A stretch of 13,898 bases of DNA from Candidatus Methylomirabilales bacterium (GCA_046758505.1 JBHIAH010000069.1:1-13898); one strand, 5' to 3'. Positions 1 to 8,293 are shown, counted from the first letter of the stretch. The notes: a model not told the origin generated them from the letters alone. Made by a program: numbers and translations.

Positions 1-1044
1 CACCCGGATGATATTGTTCTCCGGCTGCTGGGCGGTGAGGGTCACCCCGGCTGTCTGCGTGTGAAACCGGAGCATCCACGACTGGGGATGCTTGGCGCCG
101 AACCGCTCCCGCATGAGGAAGGCCCAGAGGCGTCGCGCGGCCCGGAATTTTGCCACCTCCTCGAAGAAATTGTTGTGGCAGGCGAAAAAGAAGGAGAGCT
201 GAGACGCAAAGGCATCCACATCCAGACCCGCCTTGACCGCAGCCTCGACGTAGGCCACGCCATCGGCCAGGGTGAAGCTGAGCTCCTGGGCCGCCGTCGC
301 CCCCGCCTCCCGGATGTGGTAGCCGCTGATACTGATCGGATGCCAGCGGGGCATCCGTTCGGCGCAGAAAGCAAAGAGATCGGTGATGAGGCGCATGGAG
401 GGGGCCGGCGGGAAGATGTACGTCCCCCGGGCGATGTACTCTTTCAGGATGTCGTTTTGCACGGTTCCGCCAAGTTTCTCCGGCGCGACCCCCTGCTTCT
501 CCCCCACCGCCGCGTACATGCTCAGCAGAATCGCGGCGGTGGCGTTGATCGTCATCGACGTGGTGACCCGCTCCAGGGGGATGTCGTCCAAGAGGCGCTC
601 CATATCCTCGAGCGAATCGATGGCGACCCCCACCTTGCCCACCTCGCCGTGCGCCTCGGGCGCATCCGAGTCATACCCGATCTGGGTGGGGAGGTCGAAG
701 GCCACGCTCAGGCCGGTCTGGCCCTGCTCCAAGAGATACCGAAACCGGCGATTGGTCTCCTCCGCCGTCCCGAAGCCGGCGTACTGCCGCATGGTCCAGA
801 GACGACCCCGATACATGGTGGGCTGGACCCCCCGGGTGAACGGGTATTCCCCGGGAAAGCCGAGCTTCGTTCGATAGTCCCACTCGGCGAGATCGAGCGG
901 AGTGTAGAGGCGCTCGACCGGAATTCCCGAATGCGTCTCAAAGGCCTCCCGGCGCTCCGGGGCCTTCGCCACACTCTTCTTCAGCGTCTCCGCCTCCCAG
1001 GCTCTCAACGCCTTTCGAAGCCGTTCCTGATCTTTAGTGGACAT
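1..1044 (-). CDS. mcmA: Methylmalonyl-CoA mutase, substrate-binding (N-terminal) domain/large subunit; 3' end lies outside the window
   Basis: Translated by hand from ATG at 1044 (MSTKDQERL...), with SD-like GAGGAG upstream. Contains [89 protein letters not shown] and LRFHTQTAG, all acyl-CoA mutase signatures. Open to base 1. The 61..1062 + ORF in the track is its antisense shadow. Confidence 0.95.
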   Translation of the reverse strand, partial: MSTKDQERLRKALRAWEAETLKKSVAKAPERREAFETHSGIPVERLYTPLDLAEWDYRTKLGFPGEYPFTRGVQPTMYRGRLWTMRQYAGFGTAEETNRRFRYLLEQGQTGLSVAFDLPTQIGYDSDAPEAHGEVGKVGVAIDSLEDMERLLDDIPLERVTTSMTINATAAILLSMYAAVGEKQGVAPEKLGGTVQNDILKEYIARGTYIFPPAPSMRLITDLFAFCAERMPRWHPISISGYHIREAGATAAQELSFTLADGVAYVEAAVKAGLDVDAFASQLSFFFACHNNFFEEVAKFRAARRLWAFLMRERFGAKHPQSWMLRFHTQTAGVTLTAQQPENNIIRV

Positions 1045-1072
1045 TATCTGACTCCTCGTTGATCCATAGGGA

Positions 1073-1136
1073 GGTTCACGGTTCAGAGTTGACAGTTCAC
1101 AGATGGAGATCCTGAACTTACCGTGAACTGTGAACC
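1073..1136. repeat. Inverted heptamer tandem-repeat element A (RGTTCAN x4 ... NTGAACY x3)
   Basis: ggttcac-ggttcag-agttgac-agttcac (1073-1100) faces ctgaact (1112-1118) and gtgaact-gtgaacc (1123-1136). Confidence 0.85.
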
Positions 1137-1147
1137 GAGTCGTCGGC

Positions 1148-1657
1148 TTATTCAATGAGCACGAGGCCCTGACCTCCTCCCACCGCCTCCCCTTCATTGA
1201 CCCGTATCTCTCGGACCGTTCCGGCGCCCGACGCGCGGAGCTCGTTCTCCATCTTCATGGCCTCGACCACGACGACCCCATCGCCGGGGCCCACCTGATC
1301 CCCCACCGCCACCAGCAGACGCACCACCTTGCTCGGCATCGGGGCGGCGATCAGCTGCCGTCCCTCCTGTCCCGCTGTCGCCTTACGGCTGACCGCCTTC
1401 AGGCGTCGCTCCCGTTCGGTGAGGATGTCCACATCGTGGACCTCCCCCTTGATTCCCACTGCATAAGGATTCACGCCTTTGATGATATCCACGTCAAAGG
1501 AGGTTCCATCCAGAAGAAGCGAGTAGTTGTGATCGGAGATCTTGATGCAGTCGACCTGCCAGCTCACCCCGTCCACGGAGAGACGGAAGAGGGAGCCTTC
1601 CGGATCTCCAACCTCAATCCGGTACTCCTGCCCGCCACTCTGCGCACTAAATTGCAC
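1148..1657 (-). CDS. accB: Biotin carboxyl carrier protein of an acyl-CoA (propionyl/acetyl-CoA) carboxylase
   Basis: C-terminal biotinyl domain with APMP and the EAMKMENEL biotinylation motif. GTG start preceded by GGAGGTGG SD. Confidence 0.93.
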   Translation of the reverse strand: MQFSAQSGGQEYRIEVGDPEGSLFRLSVDGVSWQVDCIKISDHNYSLLLDGTSFDVDIIKGVNPYAVGIKGEVHDVDILTERERRLKAVSRKATAGQEGRQLIAAPMPSKVVRLLVAVGDQVGPGDGVVVVEAMKMENELRASGAGTVREIRVNEGEAVGGGQGLVLIE

Positions 1658-1676
1658 GAACCACCTCCGGTGTCCC

Positions 1677-1804
1677 GGTTCATGGTTGATGGTTCATGGT
1701 TCATGGTTAGCGATTCTGGACGAGCGTTGAGGTGAGATCTCCAGATCGCTGCCCTCCCTATGACCGCATCAAAACTCTGAACCCTGAACTATGAACCATG
1801 AACG
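1677..1804. repeat. Inverted heptamer tandem-repeat element B (GGTTCAT x4-5 ... ATGAACC x4)
   Basis: ggttcat-ggttgat-ggttcat-ggttcat-ggttagc (1677-1711) and ctgaacc-ctgaact-atgaacc-atgaacg (1777-1804). Confidence 0.9.
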
Positions 1805-1809
1805 ATCTT

Positions 1810-3312
1810 TTAGCTTCTTCTCAGGGCGTCGTGGCGGGCCGCCATGGTCCACGCCGAGCCGGCGGCGGTGCCACCCGTCGGAGCCGCCGGCTTCCGCTCC
1901 CGCTCCATGCGGTAGGTATGGATCGCGGCCGCCACAACCGCGACGTCGCGGTACCGAGGCTCGCCGACCCCCTTCTGCTGCAAGAAGGTGTCGATGAACG
2001 TGGTGTCCGCGTCTCCCTCGAGGAACCGCGGATCCGCCATGACCTCAACGAGGAAGGAGACGCTGGTCTTGATGCCGGCAATGAGGTAATCCTGCAGGGC
2101 CCGCCGCACCCGGCTGATGGCTTCGTGCCGATCCTTTCCCCAGGCAACGAGCTTGGAGATGAGCGGATCGTAATAGATCGGCACCTCGAACCCTTCGTAG
2201 ACCCCGGTGTCATCCCGAATGCCCGGCCCCCCGGGGGGACGATAGAGGGTGATCCCCCCGGGGAAGGGGGCAAAGTTGTTGCTCCGGTCCTCGGCGTAGA
2301 TTCGACACTCGATCGCGTGGCCGTGCGTCTTGAGTTCTTCCTGGCGGAGGGTGAGACGCTCCCCGGCGGCGATCCGGATCTGATTCTTGACCAGGTCGAT
2401 CCCGGTGGTGAGCTCGGTCACCGGATGCTCCACCTGCAGCCGCGCGTTGATCTCGAGGAAATAAAAATTCCGGTCGGCATCAACCAGGAACTCGATGGTC
2501 CCCGCATTCCGGTACCCGCACCCGCGGGCGAGGGCCACGGCGGCTTCCCCCATCTGCTTGCGGAGCTCAGGCGTCATGAAGGGAGAGGGGGCCTCTTCCA
2601 CCACCTTCTGATGGCGGCGCTGCAGCGAACACTCGCGCTCGCCCAGGTAGAGGGTGTGGCCGGTGGGATCGGCCAGGACCTGCATCTCGATATGCCGTGG
2701 ACGGATCAGGTATTTCTCGAGGAAGACGGCGGCATCCCCGAAGGAGGACTGGCCCTCCGAGCGCGCGGCGCGGATGGCCGATTGAAGCTCGACCGGGTCT
2801 TGCACCACCCGCATCCCTTTCCCTCCGCCCCCTGCCGCTGCCTTGACGAGGAGGGGAAAGCCGATCTCGGGCGCCCGGCGGAGGATCTCTTCATCGCTCA
2901 GATCCTCGTCAGTCCCGGGGACGGTGGGGACCCCAACCTGCTTGGCCAGACGCCGCGAAGCTGTCTTGGACCCGCTCAACCGCAGGGTTTCAGAGGAGGG
3001 ACCGATGAAGACGACCCCCGCCCGTTCGCAGGCCTCGGCAAACGTCGGGTTCTCAGCGAGGAAGCCATAGCCGGGATGAATGGCCTCGGCCTGGCTCTGC
3101 CGGGCCACCTCGAGGATCCGGTCTACCCGGAGGTAGCTCTCGGCCGAGGGAGGGGGACCCACCCGGTAGGCCTCATCCGCCTTCCGCACGTGAAGGGCCG
3201 AGCGGTCGGCGTCGGAGTAGATCGCCACCGTCCGGACCCCCATCTCGCGGCAGGCCCGGATCACTCGCACCGCGATCTCCCCACGATTGGCGATCAGAAT
3301 CTTGTTAAACAT
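1810..3312 (-). CDS. accC: Biotin carboxylase subunit of acyl-CoA carboxylase
   Basis: MFNKILIANRGEIAVR start, HPGYGFLAEN, KAAAGGGGKGMR ATP-grasp loop, ERECSLQRRHQK, FLEINARLQVEHPVTE, ECRIYAED and YYDPLISKL. Confidence 0.97.
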   Translation of the reverse strand: MFNKILIANRGEIAVRVIRACREMGVRTVAIYSDADRSALHVRKADEAYRVGPPPSAESYLRVDRILEVARQSQAEAIHPGYGFLAENPTFAEACERAGVVFIGPSSETLRLSGSKTASRRLAKQVGVPTVPGTDEDLSDEEILRRAPEIGFPLLVKAAAGGGGKGMRVVQDPVELQSAIRAARSEGQSSFGDAAVFLEKYLIRPRHIEMQVLADPTGHTLYLGERECSLQRRHQKVVEEAPSPFMTPELRKQMGEAAVALARGCGYRNAGTIEFLVDADRNFYFLEINARLQVEHPVTELTTGIDLVKNQIRIAAGERLTLRQEELKTHGHAIECRIYAEDRSNNFAPFPGGITLYRPPGGPGIRDDTGVYEGFEVPIYYDPLISKLVAWGKDRHEAISRVRRALQDYLIAGIKTSVSFLVEVMADPRFLEGDADTTFIDTFLQQKGVGEPRYRDVAVVAAAIHTYRMERERKPAAPTGGTAAGSAWTMAARHDALRRS

Positions 3313-3460
3313 CGTTCATGGTTGATGGTTCATGGTTCACAGAGAAAGACCGGATCCCTTCTGTTCTGCAGCACCATCGCATCTCGTCCCCTCACACTCT
3401 CCTACGCCCACATCGCGCGCTTTTCCGCCACCGTGAACTGTGAACTATGAACGGTGAACG
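3313..3460. repeat. Inverted heptamer tandem-repeat element C
   Basis: cgttcat-ggttgat-ggttcat-ggttcac (3313-3340) and gtgaact-gtgaact-atgaacg-gtgaacg (3433-3460). Confidence 0.9.
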
Positions 3461-3475
3461 AGCGCGCGGAGGGCG

Positions 3476-5029
3476 CTAGAGGGGGATGTTGCCGTGCTTC
3501 TTGGGGGGGTTGGTGTCCCGCTTGGTGGCCGTCATCCGCAGGGCATTGATCAGCCGGGGGCGGGTCTCCTTTGGCTCGATGACCTCGTCGATGTATCCTC
3601 GCTCTGCCGCCACGTACGGGTTTGCAAATTTGTCCTTGAATTCATTGACCCGCTCGGCCCGGAAGGCCTCGACGTCCGTCGCCTTCCCCAACTCGCGGCG
3701 ATACAGGATGTTCACCGCCCCCTCGGGCCCCATCACCGCGATCTCCGCCGTCGGATAGGCGAGATTGTAATCGGCCCGCATGTGCTTGGATCCCATGACG
3801 CAGTAGGCGCCCCCATAGGACTTGCGGGCGATGACCGTCAGTTTCGGCACCGTGGCCTCGCCGTAGGCGAAGAGGAGCTTGGCCCCGTGCTTGATGATGC
3901 CGCCGTGTTCCTGGGCCGTCCCGGGAAGATACCCCGGAACGTCCTCGAAGGTGATGATGGGGATGTTAAAGCAGTCGCAGAAGCGGATGAAGCGGGCGGC
4001 CTTGATCGACGAGTTGATATCGAGGCAGCCGGCCAACACCATCGGCTGGTTGGCCACGATGCCCACCGGTCGACCGTCCAGCCGGGCGAAGCCGATGACG
4101 ATGTTTTGGGCGAGATGTTCCTGCACCTCGAAGAAGTCACCGTCATCCACGACCAGCTGGATCAGCGCCTTCATGTCGTACGGCTTGTTGGGATTGTCGG
4201 GGACCAACGTGTTGAGGGCTTCCTCCATCCGGTGGGGATTGTCGGTCGGCTGTCGCCGCGGCGGGTCGTCCAGGTTGTTCTGCGGGAGAAAGCTGAGGAG
4301 CTCCCGGATCGTGAGGACGCACTCTTCTCCAGAATCCACGGCGAAGTGGGCTACCCCCGAGGTGGCATTGTGGGTCATCGCCCCCCCGAGCTCCTCAAAG
4401 GTCACCTCTTCTTGGAGGACCGTCTTGATCACGTCGGGGCCGGTCACAAACATGTAGCTTTTCCCCTTCACCATGACGACAAAGTCCATCAGGGCGGGCG
4501 AATAGACGGCCCCTCCCGCGCAGGGTCCCATGATCGCCGTAATCTGGGGGATCACCCCGGAGGCCAGCACGTTTCGCAAGAAGATGTCGGCATACCCGGC
4601 CAGGGAGTCCACCCCCTCCTGGATCCTGGCCCCGCCCGAGTCGTTGAGGCTGATGAGCGGAACGCCCATCTTCACCGCCAGGTCCATGACCTTGCAGATC
4701 TTCTCGGAGTTCGCCAGGCTTAAGGTCCCCCCAAAGCTGGTGAAGTCCTGGGCAAAGACGTAGACCGCCCGGCCGTCGATCGTGCCGTACCCGGTGACCA
4801 CCCCGTCTCCCGGGATCCTCTGCTGTTCCATCCCAAAGTCGGTGCAGCGGTGGGTGACCAACATGTCCAGTTCGGTGAAACTTCCGGGATCGAGGAGGAG
4901 ATCCAACCGTTCGCGCGCGGTGAGTTTGCCGGCCTGGTGCTGCCGCTCGATCCGCTCCGGACCTCCACCAGCGAGCGCCGCTTCCTTTCGCCGCCGAAGC
5001 TCTTTGAGTCTGTCTTCGAGAGACATCAC
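3476..5029 (-). CDS. pccB: Propionyl-CoA carboxylase beta chain / acyl-CoA carboxyltransferase
   Basis: [64 protein letters not shown] and C-terminal [10 protein letters not shown]. Start is GTG 5029 or ATG 5026, with GGGGAGGG SD upstream. Confidence 0.96.
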   Translation of the reverse strand: MMSLEDRLKELRRRKEAALAGGGPERIERQHQAGKLTARERLDLLLDPGSFTELDMLVTHRCTDFGMEQQRIPGDGVVTGYGTIDGRAVYVFAQDFTSFGGTLSLANSEKICKVMDLAVKMGVPLISLNDSGGARIQEGVDSLAGYADIFLRNVLASGVIPQITAIMGPCAGGAVYSPALMDFVVMVKGKSYMFVTGPDVIKTVLQEEVTFEELGGAMTHNATSGVAHFAVDSGEECVLTIRELLSFLPQNNLDDPPRRQPTDNPHRMEEALNTLVPDNPNKPYDMKALIQLVVDDGDFFEVQEHLAQNIVIGFARLDGRPVGIVANQPMVLAGCLDINSSIKAARFIRFCDCFNIPIITFEDVPGYLPGTAQEHGGIIKHGAKLLFAYGEATVPKLTVIARKSYGGAYCVMGSKHMRADYNLAYPTAEIAVMGPEGAVNILYRRELGKATDVEAFRAERVNEFKDKFANPYVAAERGYIDEVIEPKETRPRLINALRMTATKRDTNPPKKHGNIPL

Positions 5030-5066
5030 CGCTCGGCCCTCCCCTTCAAAAGAAAACAGGGTTTCC

Positions 5067-5095
5067 TACTTATCAGCCCGCCGAATAAAAGTCAA
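5067..5095 (-). promoter_or_regulatory. Possible sigma-70 promoter of the pccB-accC-accB-mcm operon
   Basis: Minus strand TTGACT (5095-5090), 17 nt, then TAAGTA (5072-5067) preceded by TGA (extended -10-like), in an AT-rich patch. The -10 match is weak. Confidence 0.4.
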
Positions 5096-5137
5096 CGGGA
5101 TATTTCCTCCCGGTCGGCGGAGGAGCAAGAATGCGTG

Positions 5138-5153
5138 TGGCATAACTGTTGCA
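5138..5153 (+). promoter_or_regulatory. Sigma-54 (RpoN) -24/-12 promoter
   Basis: TGGCAT-AACTG-TTGCA matches TGGCAY-N5-TTGCW with exact GG-N10-GC spacing, 41 nt upstream of the response regulator ATG. Confidence 0.75.
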
Positions 5154-5194
5154 AACGCCGTCAAAGGACGTGGAGGCACGAGGAAGCAAAGGAC

Positions 5195-5572
5195 ATGGCG
5201 ACCATATTAGTCGTCGAAGACAATCCCATGAATCTCGAGCTGGCCCGGGATGTTCTCGAAGCCAGGGGATACCGGGTGCGGGGGACCGCCTCGGCGGCAG
5301 AGGCGCTGGACGTCCTGAAAGACACCTTGCCGGATCTCATCCTCATGGACGTGCAGCTCCCCGGGCTCGATGGGCTCGAGCTCACGCGGACCTTGAAACA
5401 AGACCCGCGCACGCGGGACATCATCGTCCTCGCCCTGACCGCCCACGCGATGAAGGGAGACCGGGAGCGGATCCTCCGGGCCGGCTGCAGCGGCTATATC
5501 GCGAAGCCGATCGACATCCAGGTCCTCTGCCGGGAGGTGGCACGATACCTGCCGCTGCCCGACGACGGCTGA
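5195..5572 (+). CDS. Single-domain response regulator receiver (DivK/CheY-like), 125 aa
   Basis: ILVVEDNPMN acidic pocket, PDLILMDVQLPGLDG (phospho-Asp52), ALTAHAMKGD and GYIAKPI. ATG 5195 with AAAGGA SD. The track's 4850 start overlaps pccB and is rejected. Confidence 0.93.
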   Translation: MATILVVEDNPMNLELARDVLEARGYRVRGTASAAEALDVLKDTLPDLILMDVQLPGLDGLELTRTLKQDPRTRDIIVLALTAHAMKGDRERILRAGCSGYIAKPIDIQVLCREVARYLPLPDDG

Positions 5573-5574
5573 TC

Positions 5575-5722
5575 CGTTCATGGTTCATCGTTCATGGTGC
5601 AGGGCGATGCGCATACCCGGGCCTCTCGGCTCTGAACCCCGACCCGCTTTCTATGAGCGGTCAGCGCATTCGAGCGGCTGACCGCCGACTCCTCACCGCG
5701 TGCCGACACCCGATAGCCGATT
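5575..5722. repeat. Degenerate heptamer-repeat element D (GGTTCAT family followed by GCYGANN family)
   Basis: cgttcat-ggttcat-cgttcat-ggtgcag (5575-5602). Weak right arm ctgaacc-ccgaccc..atgagcg (5632-5659). Then gctgacc-gccgact-cctcacc..gccgaca-cccgata-gccgatt (5677-5722). Confidence 0.7.
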
Positions 5723-5748
5723 GCGCGCTGCTGTTGCCGATTTTCCCG

Positions 5749-5776
5749 TTGACATCCCCACCTTCGAGCCTACAAT
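5749..5776 (+). promoter_or_regulatory. Sigma-70 promoter of tRNA-Leu
   Basis: TTGACA (5749-5754), 16 nt, TACAAT (5771-5776), ending 9 nt before the tRNA 5' end. Confidence 0.85.
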
Positions 5777-5785
5777 AAAAAAGAT

Positions 5786-5870
<85 letters not shown>

Positions 5871-6416
5871 GGGTGTTTGGTCTCCCGCGTGACTCTTCCC
5901 CGGTCTTGCCTCCATCCCTGTTGAAGCCGCGGCGCACATACGAGCCCGGGATGCACAGGCGGGAGACGCGTCAGACAGGGCCTCTTCCCCGGATGCCCGA
6001 CGAGCAGACGAACCGCCGTTCGCCGAAGGGTATCTCTCGCCGGGACGGGCCGCCGGTCACGAATGACCGAAGATCCCTGAGCACCCGGGAATTTCCCGGC
6101 AGCGGCGCATGTTTACAGATATAGACACCGCTAGGTGGGATGTAACCCGTGCAATCGAGGTCCTCTTCCTCCACCGACACCGTAAACGCCGCGGGACGGG
6201 GAATAAAGCCCTCGTGGACCCGTCCAACCGGGTAGGAAGTGTCGGATGCAATCCGAGAGCGGATGGGGCCAGCAGAGAAACAGCGCCCAGGGGGATGGAG
6301 TCCCATCTCGGCCACAGCCGCCCTCGGACAGCACGGGTTCGCCACCGGTAGCGGGGGGGTCTCTTCAGTCCACCCCAGGCCGGCGGCTAGGGAAACAGGA
6401 GAAGGAGGAAAACGTC

Positions 6417-7037
6417 ATGCGGAAACTCACGACGCTTATCGCCGCGGTTGCCTTGCTCGGCGCCTGCGCCAGCCAGCGACCCCTCTCCACGAGAGAACAA
6501 GGGGCCGTGACCGGAGCCGTCCTGGGGGCGGGGACGGGCGCGCTCATCGGAGGTGCTACGGGCGGCAATGCCGGGACGGGCGCCGCGATCGGGGCAGGCC
6601 TTGGCCTGCTGACCGGAGCCGTCGTCGGTGGAGCCATTGAGAACCAGCGTGGGGAGACGGCGTACCCGCCTCCTGGCGCGGTATCGCCGCAGCCAACCGT
6701 GGCGCCACCCCCCGGTCAGCCCCGGGCCGCCACCCCGCCGCCGAGCGGCGCCACCGTCGACCCGACCAAGGGACAGTTCGTCAACGGCACCCGATGGCGG
6801 GTGGAGGTTTTTGTTGACGCCGAGCCGCAGGGTCTGCAAAGCGCATCCCCGATCATGTTGCACCCCCAGGAGGCCCAGCCGTATAACCTCGACCTCGGCC
6901 CCCACCGCGTGATCGCCAGGGCCGTCGTGGACACCCAGTTTGGCACGCGCGCGGTCGGGCGATATGATCGCAGTATCCGAGTGGACCCTCGGGGCAGCGG
7001 GTGGACCCTGCGTTTCACCGAGGCCGACTTCCGGTAA
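6417..7037 (+). CDS. Lipoprotein with glycine-zipper (YMGG-like) region, Pro-rich linker and beta-rich C-terminal domain of unknown function, 206 aa
   Basis: ATG 6417 after AGGAGG (6403-6408). Lipobox LLGA-C17. GAVTGAVLGAGTGALIG...GAAIGAGLGLLTGAVVG GxxxG repeats. Confidence 0.88.
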   Translation: MRKLTTLIAAVALLGACASQRPLSTREQGAVTGAVLGAGTGALIGGATGGNAGTGAAIGAGLGLLTGAVVGGAIENQRGETAYPPPGAVSPQPTVAPPPGQPRAATPPPSGATVDPTKGQFVNGTRWRVEVFVDAEPQGLQSASPIMLHPQEAQPYNLDLGPHRVIARAVVDTQFGTRAVGRYDRSIRVDPRGSGWTLRFTEADFR

Positions 7038-7050
7038 GGGAGTGCCGGCG

Positions 7051-8265
7051 ATGCGAGGCGGGCAGAAGAGCACCGAGGGCATCCGCCGCATCGGAGACAA
7101 GCTGGCAGGGAGCCTCGAGCCCTGGCTTCACGCATGGGAGCGGAGCCGGATCCTGGCGGCCTACACCCAACTCCGCCACCGACTCTCGGGACCTCCGGTT
7201 CCCGGCATGCCCCCGATGACCAACCTAGATCCCTTTGTCGCGGTCTCGCTCGGCCTGCATCTTTTGGTGGCGCTCCTGATTTACCTCTTGGCCGCCCAGG
7301 CGCTCCCCTTGGCCGCGCGGCCCCCCATCAGCGTCCGCATTCTCGAGACCAAGGCGCAAGCCCCCGCCCCCGCGCGCGAACAGAAACCGATTCGCCGCGC
7401 GCGGAAGCGGAAGACCACGAAGAGGCCCCGGCAGCAGGCCAAACCGAGGCCTGCCCCTCCGAAGGTTCAGCCCAAGCCCCGGCCCACTCCACCGAAGCCG
7501 GTGCAGAAGCCCGTGCCGAAGCCGATCTTTACGCCGAAGGCCATCCCCCGCGTGGCACAGGTGGCGCCCCGCGTCCCCAGCCGGCTCCCCCAACCGTTGC
7601 CTAAAGTGGCCGTCGCTCCCCCGAAGGCGAGAGCCCCTTCCCCGAATCTCTTGCTGGCGCAAAAGGCGCTCCCACCGACGCCGGTGAAGCCCTTCGAGGC
7701 AGAAGCCCCACCCGCAGGGGCTCCGAGCGAGATCCCACGGTCACTCGCGACCCCCCCGCCCTCGCCGGCGGCAGCGGCCCCTGCCGAGATCGCGCCGCTC
7801 CCGGCCCCGAGCACGACCCCCTCGGAGACATCCCACGCCTCGGTCCCAAAAGAGTTGAGTAAAGCGACGCTCGAAGGATTCCAGCAGCCCACCGGCCCCG
7901 TGGTCGTCCCCGAGCGGTTTCTGAAGGGGGGAAAGCCGCAGACGACGGCGGGAGCAGCCGTGGCGCTCATCGATACCAGCGACCCGGACTTTACGGAATA
8001 TTTCGAGCTGATCAAGCGTCGGGTCTATGCCGCCTGGCGTTATCCCAAAGGGGTCCGCGGGGTCTACAAGGTCTCGGTGCGGTTCAACCTGGACCGGGCG
8101 GGGGCCGCCCACCAGGTCAAGGTGGTCCGCTCGACCAACGCGCGGCTGAACCAAAGCGCAGCCGAGGCCATGGACCGGGCATCCCCCTTTCCGCCGATCC
8201 CCGAGAAGTTCCGAGCCCTGGTCGGGCACCCCCTGACCCTCATCTTCACGGTGACGATCCAATGA
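7051..8265 (+). CDS. tonB: TonB/TolA-family energy transducer, about 404 aa
   Basis: ATG 7051 after GGGAG. Single TM helix with S-x3-H (VSLGLHLL), long Pro/Lys-rich spacer, and C-terminal YFELIKRRVYAAWRYP...VRFNLDRAG...ASPFPPIP TonB-C/TolA-like domain. Exact start uncertain. Confidence 0.88.
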   Translation: MRGGQKSTEGIRRIGDKLAGSLEPWLHAWERSRILAAYTQLRHRLSGPPVPGMPPMTNLDPFVAVSLGLHLLVALLIYLLAAQALPLAARPPISVRILETKAQAPAPAREQKPIRRARKRKTTKRPRQQAKPRPAPPKVQPKPRPTPPKPVQKPVPKPIFTPKAIPRVAQVAPRVPSRLPQPLPKVAVAPPKARAPSPNLLLAQKALPPTPVKPFEAEAPPAGAPSEIPRSLATPPPSPAAAAPAEIAPLPAPSTTPSETSHASVPKELSKATLEGFQQPTGPVVVPERFLKGGKPQTTAGAAVALIDTSDPDFTEYFELIKRRVYAAWRYPKGVRGVYKVSVRFNLDRAGAAHQVKVVRSTNARLNQSAAEAMDRASPFPPIPEKFRALVGHPLTLIFTVTIQ

Positions 8266-8293
8266 GCGCATGGACGTGAACCCCGGGTGACGC

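Noticed and set aside
61..4723. Long + strand ORFs 61..1062, 1130..1735, 1798..3450 and 3494..4723
   Set aside because: Antisense shadows of clearly recognisable minus-strand genes. This is common in GC-rich DNA, and they show no protein motifs.
6136..6153. Second sigma-54 promoter (TGGGATGTAACCCGTGCA)
   Set aside because: GG-to-GC spacing is 11-12 nt rather than the required 10.
6130..6262. Known riboswitch (guanidine-I/ykkC-like GGGAATAAAGCCC and TCCGAGAG; cobalamin-like GGATGCAATCC loop)
   Set aside because: The fragments are in the wrong order or lack the other conserved elements (CTAGGGTTCCG; GCCACTG and the B12 box). Kept only as an unassigned structured leader.
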